In this document: positions 41,259 through 56,143 of the stretch, one piece after another
Layout: each line of letters opens with the position of its first letter
Numbering within the stretch: the first letter of the stretch is position 1
Assembly: GCA_964016885.1 (NCBI GenBank)
Contig: OZ024741.1
Coordinates: 386,756,001 to 386,820,000, forward strand
From: Eledone cirrhosa
Lineage: Eukaryota
Direction: 5' to 3'
DNA length: 64,000 bases
The notes under the pieces: generated by a model
The model's input: the letters and a program-made list of their open reading frames with translations, nothing else
Database searches by the model: none
Told to the model about the DNA's origin: nothing
Program-made: the position numbers and the translations under genes

Positions 41259-42013
41259 GTCCCGTTAACCTCTTATTATCAGTATCGGTAGCGAGTCAGA
41301 CGCCATGCTTTTCAGCATAGAGTTACGGCCCTTTATGATCTGAGTTCAAATCCCGCCGAGATTAACTTTGCCTTTCATCCTTACGGGGGTCGATAAAATC
41401 TAGCACCAGTCATACACTGGGGTCTATTTTATCGACTTCCACCCCCCACCCCACCCACAAAATTGCTGGCCTTGTGCATATATAAGAAACCATTATTACC
41501 AGTATCGGTAGAGGATCAGACGCCATGCTTTCCAGCATAGAGTTACGGCCTATTACGGTTTGAGTGCAAATCCTGTCGAGGTTAACTTTGCCTTTCATCC
41601 TTACGGGGTCGATAAAATAAAGTACCAGTAATGCACTGAGGTAATTGCTGGCCTTGTGCCAAAAGTAGAAACAATTATATATGTAAGATTGCAATCAACC
41701 GTGGGAATAACCACCATTTTATATAACAGACTGAATGAGTTGGGGTGTATAATCCAACGAAACTTATGTACCTGTATATGTCACTGTTGTAACTAATCAT
41801 ATGTGTGTATATATATATGTGTGTGTGTGTGTGTCTGTGTGTGTGTATAAGAACTGTATATTGCTAATATAAAGCAAGTAATATTTCATTGTTCTGGCTG
41901 ATGATATTTATTATATGTTTTTTGTACAATATCTTGTGAGTTCTCTCTGTTCGGATATTTTAGAGCTTTACATTGGTCTACAAGAGGATATATTTTTATA
42001 TACCAATATTTTC

Positions 42014-42145
<132 letters not shown>

Positions 42146-42509
42146 AATAAAGAATATGGGTGAAATCAGGAAAATGAACGCATACAGACAATAGTCCCAT
42201 TTCACCATCTCATCAGTCAACCGCTCTTCTTAATCAGCTCCTATATATTACTGGAATTCTATAAGAATCCAGCTTCTATAATGTTCAGCAAAGGCAGATG
42301 AGTGTGTTATTTTGATAAACGCCAACCAGCGAGAAACAGACTGTCGATCACTCTCCTTTTGTGTTTGCCGAAAATAAGAAAGTGACATAGTCAGTACTTT
42401 AAAACTGATAGCGAATGGTCTTCTAAATGTTTTTACTTAAACATACTGTATATTGCCAAATATATTATACATACATTCATGTATACATCGCTATTTCAGA
42501 GCACCAATA

Positions 42510-42588
<79 letters not shown>

Positions 42589-43336
42589 TATATATATATA
42601 TATATATATACAGTATATATATATATATATATATACAGTATATATATATATGTATATATAAATGAAAATAAAATTAATGTAAGCAAAATGCCAACAATAA
42701 TTCAGGTATAGAAGTGACTATACCATCAAGATGAAAAAATATTTAATGTAAGATGAGGGAAACAAAGTAATACAATCTTAATTCAAAACAAATCAAGAAG
42801 AAAAACTTTGTCATCAAACTTTGTGTAAGTTGGGGAAAAAGCAATACAATTTTAATTCAAAATAAAATCAAGAAGTAATACTTAACCGTCAATTTGGGGA
42901 AAACTACAAATGCACTATATAGTCTTAAAAGACCATTTCACGAAACTTTTCAGTGGGGTTAGTCACGGTTGTTGTCGATCTTCAGTAGTGCTCAAAACAT
43001 TAACTAAATTACCACTGCTAAAATACCGAGGGGAAAAATAATCCACTGGGAGTTAAAAGCAGGCAAGCGAGCAGCGTCTAGATATGAAATAACAAAACGC
43101 ACGTGAACACAAACTAGTGATGGCGGGATGAGATGAGAAAGCAGTTTACAAGAAACAACAGTCAAAACATTCCGAAAAACTCAACAAAAACTCAACTATG
43201 TATATATATATATATATATATATATACATACATAGATACACATATATATATATATATGTATATACATCCATATTTTTATATATGCATGTATGTGTATGTG
43301 TATGTGTGTATATATATATATATATGCATATTCATA

Positions 43337-43488
<152 letters not shown>

Positions 43489-43549
43489 TATGTATATATA
43501 TATATATGTATATATATATAGGGCGGGTAAAATTCCCAAGATGCATGGA

Positions 43550-44742
43550 TGAGTTATCTCTAGTGGTCTCTGTCTTTCATCATCGCCGCTATGTCCCGCC
43601 TCTACCATAGACCCCAGTATCTCTCCTTAGGACACCAACATATGTCCTCATCGGTCTCCCTCTTCCAGTGTGTCTATTTAAGAGCTCCCACAGCACCACT
43701 AAGTGCAGTGTGTCTGTTTAAGAGCTCCCACAGCACCACTAAGTGCAGTGTGTCTGTTTAAGAGCTCCCACAGCACCACTAAGTGCAGTGTGTCTGTTTA
43801 AGAGCTCCCACAGCACCACTAAGTGCAGTGTGTCTGTTTAAGAGCTCCCACAGCACCACTAAGTGCAGTGTGTCTGTTTAAGAGCTCCCACAGCACCACT
43901 AAGTGCAGTGTGTCTGTTTAAGAGCTCCCACAGCACCACTAAGTGCAGTGTGTCTGTTTAAGAGCTCCCACAGCACCACTAAGTGCAGTGTGTCTGTTTA
44001 AGAGCTCCCACAGCACCACTAAGTGCAGTGTGTCTGTTTAAGAGCTCCCACAGCACCACTAAGTGCAGTGTGTCTGTTTAAGAGCTCCCACAGCACCACT
44101 AAGTGCAGTGTGTCTGTTTAAGAGCTCCCACAGCACCACTAAGTGCAGTGTGTCTGTTTAAGAGCTCCCACAGCACCACTAAGTGCAGTGTTAACTCTGA
44201 ATGTCGGTGAGCATATCCAGCTAACCTTAGTCTCCTCCGTGTCATTTTCGAGCTGACTTTTGGCAGGTTCCCGTGTAGCTCTGAGTTCTTCATCCGCAGT
44301 GCATACTGATTAATGTTCAGAGCTATCCTCAGCATCCTCGTGTAGCACCCATCCACTATCTGAGTGAGTCTCTTGATCAGTGTCCAGACTCTTGATCAGT
44401 GCACAGACTCCACTATAGCGACGTAGTGACGGATCTTCAAGTCTTTACGATCAAACTGTGAAACGCCGCCCAGGCTTTGCTCTTCTTCTTCTCCGCATCA
44501 TCCTCTGTGTTCCCAATCTTTGCTCCCAGATACTGGAAGTCCTCAACCAGCTCTCTGGCTCTTTGATGTTCTATACCAGATACTTCGTCTTACTCTCGTT
44601 CATTCTCAGCCCACACTCATCGATACAGTCTCCACCTCTCGTAACAGTTCCTCTGCCTCCTTCAACTGTGTATTTGTCACCAGAGCTATATCGTCAGCAA
44701 ATTCAGCATCTGATATCTTTTAGCCTTAACTTTCTTGCTCTG
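43550..44742 (-). mobile_element. RTE-clade LINE 3' fragment
   Basis: Minus strand gives EFADDIAL, VGLRMN..KTK, VEDFQYLGA, DGCYTRMLRIALNI, RRRLRLAGY, TGRGRP. Confidence 0.85.
43671..44190. repeat. Minisatellite, 13 x 40 bp, inside the RTE fragment
   Basis: TGTCTGTTTAAGAGCTCCCACAGCACCACTAAGTGCAGTG x13; only the first unit has a substitution; no spacers. Confidence 0.97.
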
Positions 44743-45450
44743 TCATACATACTTATACACATATACACATACATACATACATACATGGTGGCTGCCAACT
44801 CGTTTTCGAGTACGGTCACTACTTTATATCCATGTAGGAGAACCCCTACCAATGCGCTGAACGAGTGTGACTTTTTAGTCCAGCCAGCGACTTGAAAACT
44901 CTGGTACAAACACTACACTTGTGACAATTATTGACACAGTGCTGGGCCCTTGGTACCATGTGACGACAAGTGCAGAGAGATCTCCAGATATAAAGCAATG
45001 CCTGTGCCGTGAAGCTTTTATAGTGAGCAAAGGCACTGCACAAAGCCAGTCCCACTCTCTTAACCAAGATGATATTTACCAAAAAGAAGAACAAGTCAAC
45101 ATCATTGGATACCATCAGGGTTGCAGGTGTTATATCAGAGTTTTCCTTCTCCTAGAATTCTGCCTTGACAAAGGCTAAGGGGTCATCTCTCCCAGTGATT
45201 TTGGATGGCCATTGACTCTTAAGAGCTCCTTTGCCCTTTGACAGGTTTTGTTTTTAGTCCTGCAGGATGTCCAAAGTCACCCTCCTCACCAAGAAACACC
45301 AGTTTAGTCGCCAACGACCCGACCATGAGACAGGTTGTACTGGGATACATGTTACCAGTAGCACCAAGTGGTGACTTGACATACATACATACATACATAC
45401 ATACATACATACATACATACATACATACATACATACATACATACATACAT

Positions 45451-45858
45451 ACAGATTTATGCCTGTGGTTATTGGGGCACTGGGATATGTTAGTAACTGC
45501 CTCAATACAAATCTTGAGAAGTTGGGCTTCACAGGAACAGAAAGAACACAGCTAGTTAGGAAATTACAAGTACAATCCATTAATGGAACAGTAAAAATAT
45601 GAAAAACATTCCAAAAATGTTGCATCTAATAACTGCATATACACATGTACAGATGCAAAGCATATACACATGCACACATACAACTCAAACATACACATCC
45701 ACACATACAATAACATCCATATCTACACATGCATGCATACATACATATCTACCTAGTTGATGTTGTGTAAATTCCAATGAGAGATACTTGTGTCTATGTT
45801 AGAAACCGACTCACTCTCTATTGGGAAAAAATTTGTGAAATTATAAAACCTGAAGAAC
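45451..45858 (+). mobile_element. R4-type RLE LINE extreme 3' fragment (second family) between (CATA)n tracts; not in the ORF track
   Basis: Translates RFMPVVIGALGYVSNCLNTNLEKLGF...LVRKLQVQSINGTVKI*KTF, homologous to the C-terminus of ORF 34794-35552. Confidence 0.8.
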
Positions 45859-47739
45859 ATACATACATGCATACATACATGGTGGCTGCCAACTCGTTTT
45901 CGAGTACGGCCACTACTTTATATCCATGTAGGAGAACGCCTACCGATGCGCTGACGAGTGTGACTTTTTAGTCCAGCCAGCGACTTGAAAACTCTGGTAC
46001 AAACACTACACTTGTGACAATTATTGACACAGTGCTGGGCCCATGGTACATGTGACGACAAGTGCAGAGAGATCTCCAGATATAAAGCAATGCCTGTGCC
46101 GTGAAGCTTTTATAGTGAGCAAAGGCACTGCACAAAGCCAGTCCCACTCTCTTAACCAAGATGATATTTACCAAAAAGAAGAACAAGTCAACATCATTGG
46201 ATACCAGCAGGGTTGCAGGTGTTATATCAGAGTTTTCCTTCTCCTAGAATTCTGCCCTGACAAAGGCTAAGGAGTCATCTCTCCCGGTGATTTTGGATGG
46301 CCATTGACTCTTAAGAGCTCCTTTGCCCTTTGACAGGTTTCGTTTTTAGTCCTGCAGGATGTCCAAAGTCATCCTCCTCACCAAGAAACCTTGGTGGGGT
46401 TGCCAGTTTAGTCGCCAACGACCTGACCACGGGACAGGTTGTACTGGAATACATACATACATACATACATACATACATACATGCATACATACATACATAC
46501 ATACATACATACAAACATGATGGCTGTCCCTTCGTTATCGAGTATGGCCATTGCACGATATAACATTATTAATAATTATCAATTAATTGTTTCTACTTTT
46601 GGCACAAGGCCAGCAATTACCGAGTGTATTACTTACTGGTACTTTATTTTATCGACCCCGTAAGGATGAAAGTAAAGTTAACCTCGGTGGGATTTGAACT
46701 CAGAATGGCAATGGCCGTAAGTCTAAGCGTCAAAGCATGGCGTCCGACCCTCTACTGATACTGCCAATCCACCAATTAATGCTATCGTGCAATGCCTGTG
46801 CGCGAAGGTTTTTTTGTAAGTGAGGAAAGACTGTGCACTGAGCCAAACCCACTCTTTGAGCGACAGTAGCTATAACCCGAAAACAAGAAAAGATCAACAT
46901 CATCGTTAACTACTGATCCGCAGGTTTTATATCGGAGTTATCCCAGTTTCCTGAGTTGCCTTCTCCTTGAAGAATGCCCTGACAAAGGCTAGGGGTCCTT
47001 CACTCCCAGTGGTTTAACCGCGCGATCGGGTATCCAGCCCGATTATTCCCATGTCCCCGCGCATATATACACATATATATACATGTATATACATATATAC
47101 ATGTATATACACATTTACACATTTTTTTGTCATGAGTTCTTCCGCCCTTTGTCAAGTTTTGTTTTTTGTCCTGTAGGGTGTCCAAAATCACCCTCCTCAC
47201 CAGGCAAACTTGGTGGGGTTACCGGTTTAGTCGCCGACGACCCGACCATGCGACAGGTTGTACTGGGTTACATGTTACCAGTAGCACACAAGAGTCACTC
47301 GACATACATACATACAGACAGACATACAGACATAGACACACACACACATACATACATCCATCCACACATACATACATCCATCCATACATACATCCATCCA
47401 CACATACATACATACATACATACATACATACATACATACATACATACATACATACATACATACATACATACATACATTACATTACATATATTTATATACG
47501 CACACACTCACACACACATGAGAATATTTATCGTATCGGTAGATAACGTTATTTCATTTGTATTGAATGTGAAACATTGAGTGAAAAAAAAGACGGGATG
47601 ATGTGTTGGAAGAATCGATGAATGTTAAAATATGGGGAAACATGGCAATGTTTCCTTCGTCGTATCCTGATAGGAAGGAAAACATAAACTATTGACAACT
47701 GAGCTCTCTACTTAGTTCATGTTCTATTGATAGAGGCCA

Positions 47740-47839
<100 letters not shown>

Positions 47840-47950
47840 ATGGCTGTACATGCTTGTGTGTAGATATGGTAGTGCATATGTGTGTGCGGACACACACACA
47901 CTCACACACGCGCACATACACTCACACACACATATGTATATATATATAAA

Positions 47951-50900
47951 GATATGTTTCTTTATTAGCCACAGGGGCACAAAAGAAGGGGGCAAATACA
48001 AAGGAGTAAGTTTACATACAATAAAAACGTGTAAAATACTATCTCAAATGCAATTTAAAAGTTAATCGATTTTCCCCAATAGGGGGAGACATTACATATG
48101 GGTAACACATACCTCCGAAAAAATGTGCAACCCTCATCTCCAGGAGTACGAAGAGTTTGTACGCCTTTCCTCTCTTCCTCTTTTTCCTCAACCTACAGGC
48201 TGATATAGAGAGAAGGCACATTCACTCGGGCTATTCTCGCCACTTTTATCCACCTTTCATAAAATTGCTGGGGTACAGCACCTCTCTCTCCATCCTGGGG
48301 TACAGCACCTCTCTCTCCATCCTGATTCTTCTTCCAAAGTGGTATTTGAAAAAAAGAATCAGTTGATGGCCGAAGAGAAAGGTGTCTGACCTCAGCCCTT
48401 TTAACCTTGTCCACCATACAACCTCTTTCGCCATAGCTATCAAACAAAGGAAAACCGCCTCTCCTTCGTTTTTGAAGGAGTGTGGCGGTTTGATCATGCC
48501 AATGGACTCGGTGGTCAACCGGATTGGTCCCACCCGCGACAATAGTCGTTCTACATAGCCCCAGGCGGAAGGTCCTACCGAACAGACTGGCCAGTTCGTC
48601 TTCCTCTACGCCTAGAGTTTCTCCGAGAGCGTCGTCGCACTTGCTGCGGACCAACCCTCTATAGAATGACGAAGTGGAGTCTCCACTGATTGCCGGGTCC
48701 GCCTGCCAGAGGGCTGTGAGCGCCTGAGCACATTCGATGTGCCAGTCGCCCATTTTCCTCGGTATTTGCTTGACCCAGGACTGCAGCTCGGTCAGCGAGA
48801 CGAGTCGTTGGAAGGCTCGCCTCATGAACGGGGCCCACACCGGTTGTCCGGTGAGGAATACGTAGAGATGCCGCAGCCTGAGCGCATGTTTGTACATCGT
48901 CAGCCACGGCATCCCCAGCCCTCCGTTGGAAGGGTGTTGGCAGCAGATGGATCTTCTCACCAAAGGAGCCCGCTTCTTCCAAAGGAATTGGAAGAGCGCG
49001 CGCTCCATTTTGGTGAGCGTTTTGGCTGGACAAGGCACGACGGTCAAGCGATAGTAGATGACGGACGCTATAAAAGTGTTCGCCACCTCCGCTCGATCTT
49101 TCAAAGATAGTTTGCACTCGGCCCACTTCTGGGTGAGTGCAAACACCTTGGCCGTCACCTCGTTCCAGTTCTTCTCCACCTGGATGTCCGGACTAAACCA
49201 GACCCCGAGCAGCTTCACCGGTCCTTCCGTCCAGCGTCCGACGACGCCATCGGAAGGCATCGGTTTGCCTCTCCACGATCCGATTTGTAAACCGATGGAC
49301 TTGTCCCGGTTCAGCTTCGCTCCTGTGAACCTTTCGTATTCCTTCAGTAAGGTGCCGACTTCCTCGATTTGCGAGGTACTCGACACCATTACTGTCACGT
49401 CGTCGGCGTAGGTCTACGCCGCTTTCCGCAGTCCCGGTTCCAGAGGGATGCCCTGCAATAGCTCCAGCTTCCGCAGTAGTGGCTCGAGAGTCAGTACGTA
49501 CAGAAGGGAGGAGAGAGGGCATCCCTGTCGGATGGATCGCGTGATATGGAACGGTTCCGAGAGGTAGCCGTTCACCTTGACCCTTGAGCAGATGTTGCTG
49601 TTGTGCATTGCAGCAATCCAGCCCCTGAACACGGGTCCGAATCCTGCCGCCTCGAGCACCGCATCCAGGTAACGATGGTTAACCCTATCGAAAGCCTTAG
49701 ACTGATCCAAGTTGATCAGGGCCCCACCGAAGCCGGATTTACACCATACCCTCTCTACGATGTATCGCATGAGGTGGAGGTTGTCCTGTATGGACCTGGT
49801 CGGGATTGCGCATGTCTGCGCTTCTCCCACCAGGTTTTAGACGACAAGCGCCAGCCTCTTTGCCAACACCTTGGCCAAAATCTGTAACTGTGTTTAGCAG
49901 AGTTATGGGCCGGAAGTTGCCTATGTCATCCCCCTTATTCTCGTCCTTCCTGACTAGCGTGACTACGCCCCAGGTCACAGAACTAGGAATTCTCCCGTTC
50001 TGCTGCCAGTTGCAGTAGACCGCTTCCAGGAGACCGGAGAACAAGTCCGACATTGTTACGTAAAATTCGTAGGGTAGACCGTCGAGACTTGGAGATTTGC
50101 GTTTGCCGCATTGGCTCAGCGCGTCCCCTATTTCAGTGGCTGAAATCGGCTTTTCGCAGAACTTCGCCTCGCTGTCCGAGAATCGCGGTAGGCCGTCGAG
50201 GTATGGACCGAAATCCTTAGCCCTTCCCGGCGCGCCGCCCTGCCTGAACAACTGAGCAAAGTGCCGCTGAAAGGCCACGCACATCTGCTTCGACTCACGT
50301 ATCACGCGTCCGTCTTGGTCCTTCAAAGACCGAATCGTGGACTTGTTGCCACTTTTCGCCTCCGTCAACCGGGCCCAGCTAACAGCTTTGGCTCCCTCGT
50401 TACCCAGAGCACGTATTTTGCTTCTGACAACGCAGCCCTCGTGCTTTGCGTCGAAGAACTGGTCCAAGGCCGTTCTTGTTGCTAACATTCTGGCTACGTT
50501 GCCACTTCTAATTGCCTCTTCTACTTTATCTACCAGTTCCTTCTCGGTCCTATTTCTACCTAACGCTAATTCTTTACTAAAAACTAACGAGTCTAATCTA
50601 ACTGCCCTCTTGAGAGAGTACCACCATCTGTATATATATATAAAGATAGATAGATAAATAGATAGATTTCTTTATTTGCCACAGGGGCGTACAAAAGTGG
50701 GACATTACAAGACCTAACGGCGGGGGTTTTACATAAAATCTTTAACAATAATAATGGATAACAATAAAATATATACAAAATAAAACAATCGAAATCCCCA
50801 ATAGGGGGGAACGTTACTGCAGGGTTGTTTTACACCCCGTGGATAGAACAACCCTCAACACCAGGAACACGTTTTGTAGGTGTTCCCGTCTTCCCTCTGT

Positions 50901-51619
50901 TTGCCTTCCTCAACCTACAGGTTTATATACAGAGAAAGCCCATTCACTTGAGCCATTTTCGCCACATTCATCCACCTTTCAGCGAATTTACTGGGGTGTA
51001 GCACCTCTCTCTCCACTCTCACCTTCTGAAGTGATACTTAAAGAAGGGGATAAGTTGTTGTCCGGAGAGAAAGGTGTTTGCCCTCAAAGGTTTTAACCTC
51101 GTCCACCATATTACCTCTTTCGCCATAGCCACCAGACAGAGGAAAATCTCCTCTCCTTCATTCTTAAATGAAGGCGGCGGGTTGATCCTCACGAAGGACT
51201 CGGCCGACAACTGGATGCGTCCTACACGTGACAGTAGCTGTTAACATAATTCCAGAGGTCGGTCACCCCTGGGCACTGAACAATTGCGTGCATAACGGTT
51301 TCGATGTCCTGCTCGCATCTTGGACAGATCCTTTTGGCAGGATCTCTGCCAGGGCGTCCGTGCCTGTAAATTTTGTCTCGAACTGGTAGAGATCCTCGGT
51401 TGCACTGCCAGGCCAGAGACCTCTGGAAGTTATCCAGAGGCCCTGGACGGAAAGTCCTCCCGAACAGACTGGTCAGTTCGTCCTCCTCGATGCCTAGAGT
51501 TTCCCCGAGAACGTCGTCGCACTTATCCTCCACTAATCCCCTATATAATATCAAAGTGGAGTCTCCGCTGATTGCCGTTTCCGTTTGATGAGGGCTGTGA
51601 GCGCCTGTAGGCACTCGAG

Positions 51620-51697
<78 letters not shown>

Positions 51698-52129
51698 GTT
51701 TCTTTTATTTGCCACTAGGGCATCAAAAGTGGGACAAGTACAAAGGGGGGAGTTTACACAAAAAGGCGTCCTCAATAAGGAGGAGGCAATAACAAAATAT
51801 AAAAATAAAATAAGATATAACAAAAAATAAAATTTTTAACAAAATCCTCAATAGAGAGGAGGCGCCTTGGGGGGTCGCACACACCCCCGAAAAAAGTGTG
51901 CAACCCTTTTCCTCAGGAGCACAGAGAGGGGGTGCTCCCTCGTTCCTTCCTCTTTTCCACCTACAGGCTTATGTAAAGAGAAGGCCCATTCACACGGGCC
52001 ATTCTCGCCACTTACACCCACCTTTCATAAAAACGACTGGGGTGCAGCACCTCTCTCTCCATCCTGATCCTTCTTCCGAAATGATATCGGAAGAAACGGA
52101 CCAGTTGTTGGCCAGAGAGAAAGGTGCCT

Positions 52130-52209
<80 letters not shown>

Positions 52210-54390
52210 TGTAGTGAGAAGGCTGTGGGTTCGAATCACGTTGGGGTTACCATTTGTGGTCTTGCTGCTGGGTTCCCCAAGTCCTTGTATTTTTAATAAT
52301 TCTATAGCTAGAAGGATGTGTATATGGGGTTGGTTTATGATCAGCTATCTGTGTTTCTTCTGTATACAAGCTGTGGTCACAGGTCAAGTTGTATGTACGT
52401 TTATCATCCTGTTTCTTGACAGGACAATCGTGGGAAACTCCCAATAATGGGTGGTCCCAGAGGAGAGAACTCTTAGATTCGTTTTCGAATCTTCGCCGGT
52501 AAGACATAGCAGTATTACGTTACAGATAGATAGATAAGTGGGTGGCTGGCTGGCTGGAAGGATGAATGGATAGGTAGATAGATAGATAGGTGGGTAGATG
52601 GATTGATGGATAGAAAGATAGATAGATAGATAGATTTCTTTATTTGCCACAAGGGTGCACAAGAAAAGGGACAAAACAAAGACACATGCCGGGGATTTTA
52701 CATACAGTCGTGTAAAAATATTGAAACAAACAAATTCAACAATCGAAATCCCCAATAGGGCGAAGGCGCCACAAATGGGTTGTTTAATACCCTGTCGATA
52801 GAACAACCCTCAACTTCAGGAGTATGTTGTGCAAGTGCTCCCTTCTTCCTTTTGCTCTCTTCTTCAACCTACAGGTTTATATACAGAGAAGACCCAATCA
52901 CTCGGGCCATTTTTGCCACATTCACTCACCTTTCAGTAAATTTACTGGGGTGCAGTGCCTCTCTCTCCACTCTGATTCTCCTTCTAAAGTGGTACCTAAA
53001 GAAGAAAATGAGTTGATAGATAAATTTCTTTATTAGCCACAAGGGCACAAAAGAAGGGGACAAATACAAATAGGGAGTTTACATACAGGTATATGAAAAT
53101 AAAACTATTAATACAATAACAAATAACAATTGAAATCCCCAATAGGGGGGGGGGGTTATACAGGGGTTGTACACACCCCGAAAAAATGTACAACCCTCAT
53201 CTCCAGGAGCACCAAGAGTGAGTACTCCCTTCTTCTCTTCCTCTTTTTCTTCAACTTACAGACTTATATAGAGAGAAGGCCCAACCACTCGGGCCATCTT
53301 TGCCACATTCACCCACCTTTTATAAAATTTGCTGGGGTACAGCACCTCTCTCCATCCTGATTCTTCTTCCAAAATGATATTTGAAAAAACGAATCAGTTG
53401 CTCGCCGGAGAGAAAGGTGTCTGACCCCAGCCCTTTTAACCTCGTCCACCATATAACCTCTTTCACCATAGCCATAACACATAGGAAAACCGCCTATCCC
53501 TCGTTGTTTTCGAAGGAGGGTGGCGGTTTGATCATACAGTGGACTCGGTGGTCAACTGGATTGGTCCCACCCGCAACAATAGTCGTTCTTCATAGCCCCA
53601 CAGGTCGGTAACGCCCGGGCAGTGTACAAATGCGTGTGCGACGGTTTCCTCATCGCGCACGCATCTCGGACAGATCTTTTTCGAAGGGTCCCTACCCGGG
53701 CGCCCGTGTCTGTAGAGCTTGTCTCGAACTGGTAGAGACCCTCGGTAGCACTGCCAGGCCAGGGAGTTTTGGAAGTTGTCCATTGGTCCCGGGCGGAAGG
53801 TCATACCGAACAGACTGGCCAGTTCGTCCTCCTCTACGCCTAGAGTTTCTCCGAGCGTGTCGTCGCACTTGCTGCGGACCAACCCTCTATAGAATGTCGA
53901 ATTGGAGTCTCCACTGATTGCCGGGTCCGTTTACCAGAGGACTGTGAGCGCCTGAGCACATTCGATATGCCAGTCGCCCATTTTCCTCGGTCTTTGCTTG
54001 ACCCAGATCTGCAGTTCGGTCAGCGAGACGAGTCGTGGGAAGGCTCGCCTCACGAACGGGGACCAGACCGGTTGTCTGGTGAGGAATACGTAGAGATGCC
54101 GCAGCCTGAGCTCGTGTTTGCGCATCGTCAGCCACGGCATTCCCAGCCTCCGTTTGAAGGGTGTTGGCAGAATGAGTTGATAGATAGATAGATAGATATG
54201 TTTCTTTATTAGCCACAGGGGCACAAAAGAAGGGGACAAATACAAAGGGGTAAGTTTACATACAATAAAAACGTGTAAAATACTATCTCAAATGCAATTT
54301 AAAAATTAATCGATTTTCCCCAATAGGGGGAGACATTACATATGGGTAACACATACCCCCGAAAAAATGTGCAACCCTCATCTCCAGGAG
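47951..54390 (-). mobile_element. Array of six 5'-truncated Tx1 copies (about 47951-50628, 50665-51619, 51696-52130, 52633-53015, 53023-54170, 54194-54390) separated by (GATA)n
   Basis: Each ends GTGGC(A/T)AATAAA(A)GAAA..TATC on the minus strand, and the ORF2 pieces are homologous to 12560-15143. Unrelated sequence lies at 52210-52620. Confidence 0.92.
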
Positions 54391-54517
54391 TAGATAGATA
54401 GATAGATCAGGTGAATAAATATAATTCCTTTAGTCAATGTTCAGATTGAAATATATAAATACATCTATATATGAATAATGGAACTTGAGCAAGTTTTTTC
54501 GCTATTTTTTTCAAATA

Positions 54518-54607
<90 letters not shown>

Positions 54608-54648
54608 CATATATACATACATGCTTCAATATGAAGCATATTCTATAT

Positions 54649-54689
<41 letters not shown>

Positions 54690-54690
54690 T

Positions 54691-54784
<94 letters not shown>

Positions 54785-54786
<2 letters not shown>

Positions 54787-54990
54787 GGTGTGTGGCTGAA
54801 TGGTTAGAGAATTGGATTCGCAATCGTGAGGTTGTGAGTTCGATTCCTGGACCGGGCAATGTGTTATGTCTTTGAGCAAGACACTTTATTTCACGTTGCT
54901 CCTTCTACCTGGAGTTGCGACCGATAGATAGTACTAGCAACTGGAAGACCGAAAACATTGTTTCCTCGGTCCGATTTGACGAAAGTCGAT
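54785..54990 (+). mobile_element. tRNA-derived SINE with CORE-like block. Relative at 62190-62470
   Basis: A-box TGGCTGAATGG, B-box GAGTTCGATTCC, then TGTCTTTGAGCAAGACACTTTATTTCAC. Confidence 0.75.
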
Positions 54991-55256
54991 CGTTCCTATA
55001 TATATAACTTTGATAGGTTTAGGCCTGTATTGGCCCAGGCCGTCTAACTTAGTAGCACACCTTGACTTTCCGAATTTAATATAACAATGGCTTCTACAGG
55101 GTTAGAATTAATTCGAAGGAAATCATCAGGAGTTTCATGATTTCCTTCGAATAAAACAATTCTACTAGAAGTAATTTGTATATTAGATTTTGTCTATACT
55201 CTTATATGTATTGAGTACCTTATTTACTGTGGTTACCCCCTATTGAACCTGGGAGG

Positions 55257-55347
<91 letters not shown>

Positions 55348-55413
55348 CATTTCTGTAGAAATTTGTCCGAAAAATAAAATTACTTGATCTTCGTCTTTAC
55401 TATTTGTGCAGCA

Positions 55414-55456
<43 letters not shown>

Positions 55457-55818
55457 CAAACACTTTTGAATTTATTGGTGGGTGAATATTCAATGCGGTT
55501 TATTCCAAGTTGCGACAGTGACACCCCTCAACCTCCTATACATGAATTATCATACAATAGAAGTTGTTTATTACAATCACGGGTAATAATATTATAAATC
55601 GATTAAATAAACAGTTACTTCTGTGTATATGTATATAAGTAAATATGACCGTTATTTTTCCAACCAGTCTAGTAACTCTCAGTGATCACCCTAAACTGAA
55701 CGCCAACTTGTAACCATGACTCATGCCAAACAAACCGTACACACCCTCCAAATTCAGACCATGCATTCTCCCAAACTTGACTTACGCTTGTGTGTGTGTA
55801 TGTGTGTGTGTGTGTGTA

Positions 55819-55882
<64 letters not shown>

Positions 55883-56143
55883 GGAAAATGTTCAAGACCC
55901 CGACGGCAGAGCTCAAGCCGTTTCGGCGGCTATTTCTGGACTAAAGTAGAATTTTTTAGCGTGGTAATAAATAGCCGAACTTTTCAAGCGAAATTCCTTA
56001 TATGAGAAGGTTGTAGTTGTTAAAAGGACTGGTCAAAATTTCTTGTAAACACAATTAAATCCTTCATGGTGGTGGGGGGGGGCTGAACTTGCCTGTAGAA
56101 CAATGGGGGAGTGAATTCTATACAGCAAATTCTAAGGCATGTG

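Noticed and set aside
43671-44190. CRISPR-like regular array
   Set aside because: Units are contiguous and identical with no spacers, derive from RTE coding sequence, and lie in a eukaryotic context without cas genes.
52210-52520. ORF 52247-52507 as a GIY-YIG remnant
   Set aside because: Only a faint resemblance; the diagnostic motifs are absent.
54785-54860. tRNA gene
   Set aside because: A/B boxes are present but continue into a SINE body, and no convincing cloverleaf is evident.
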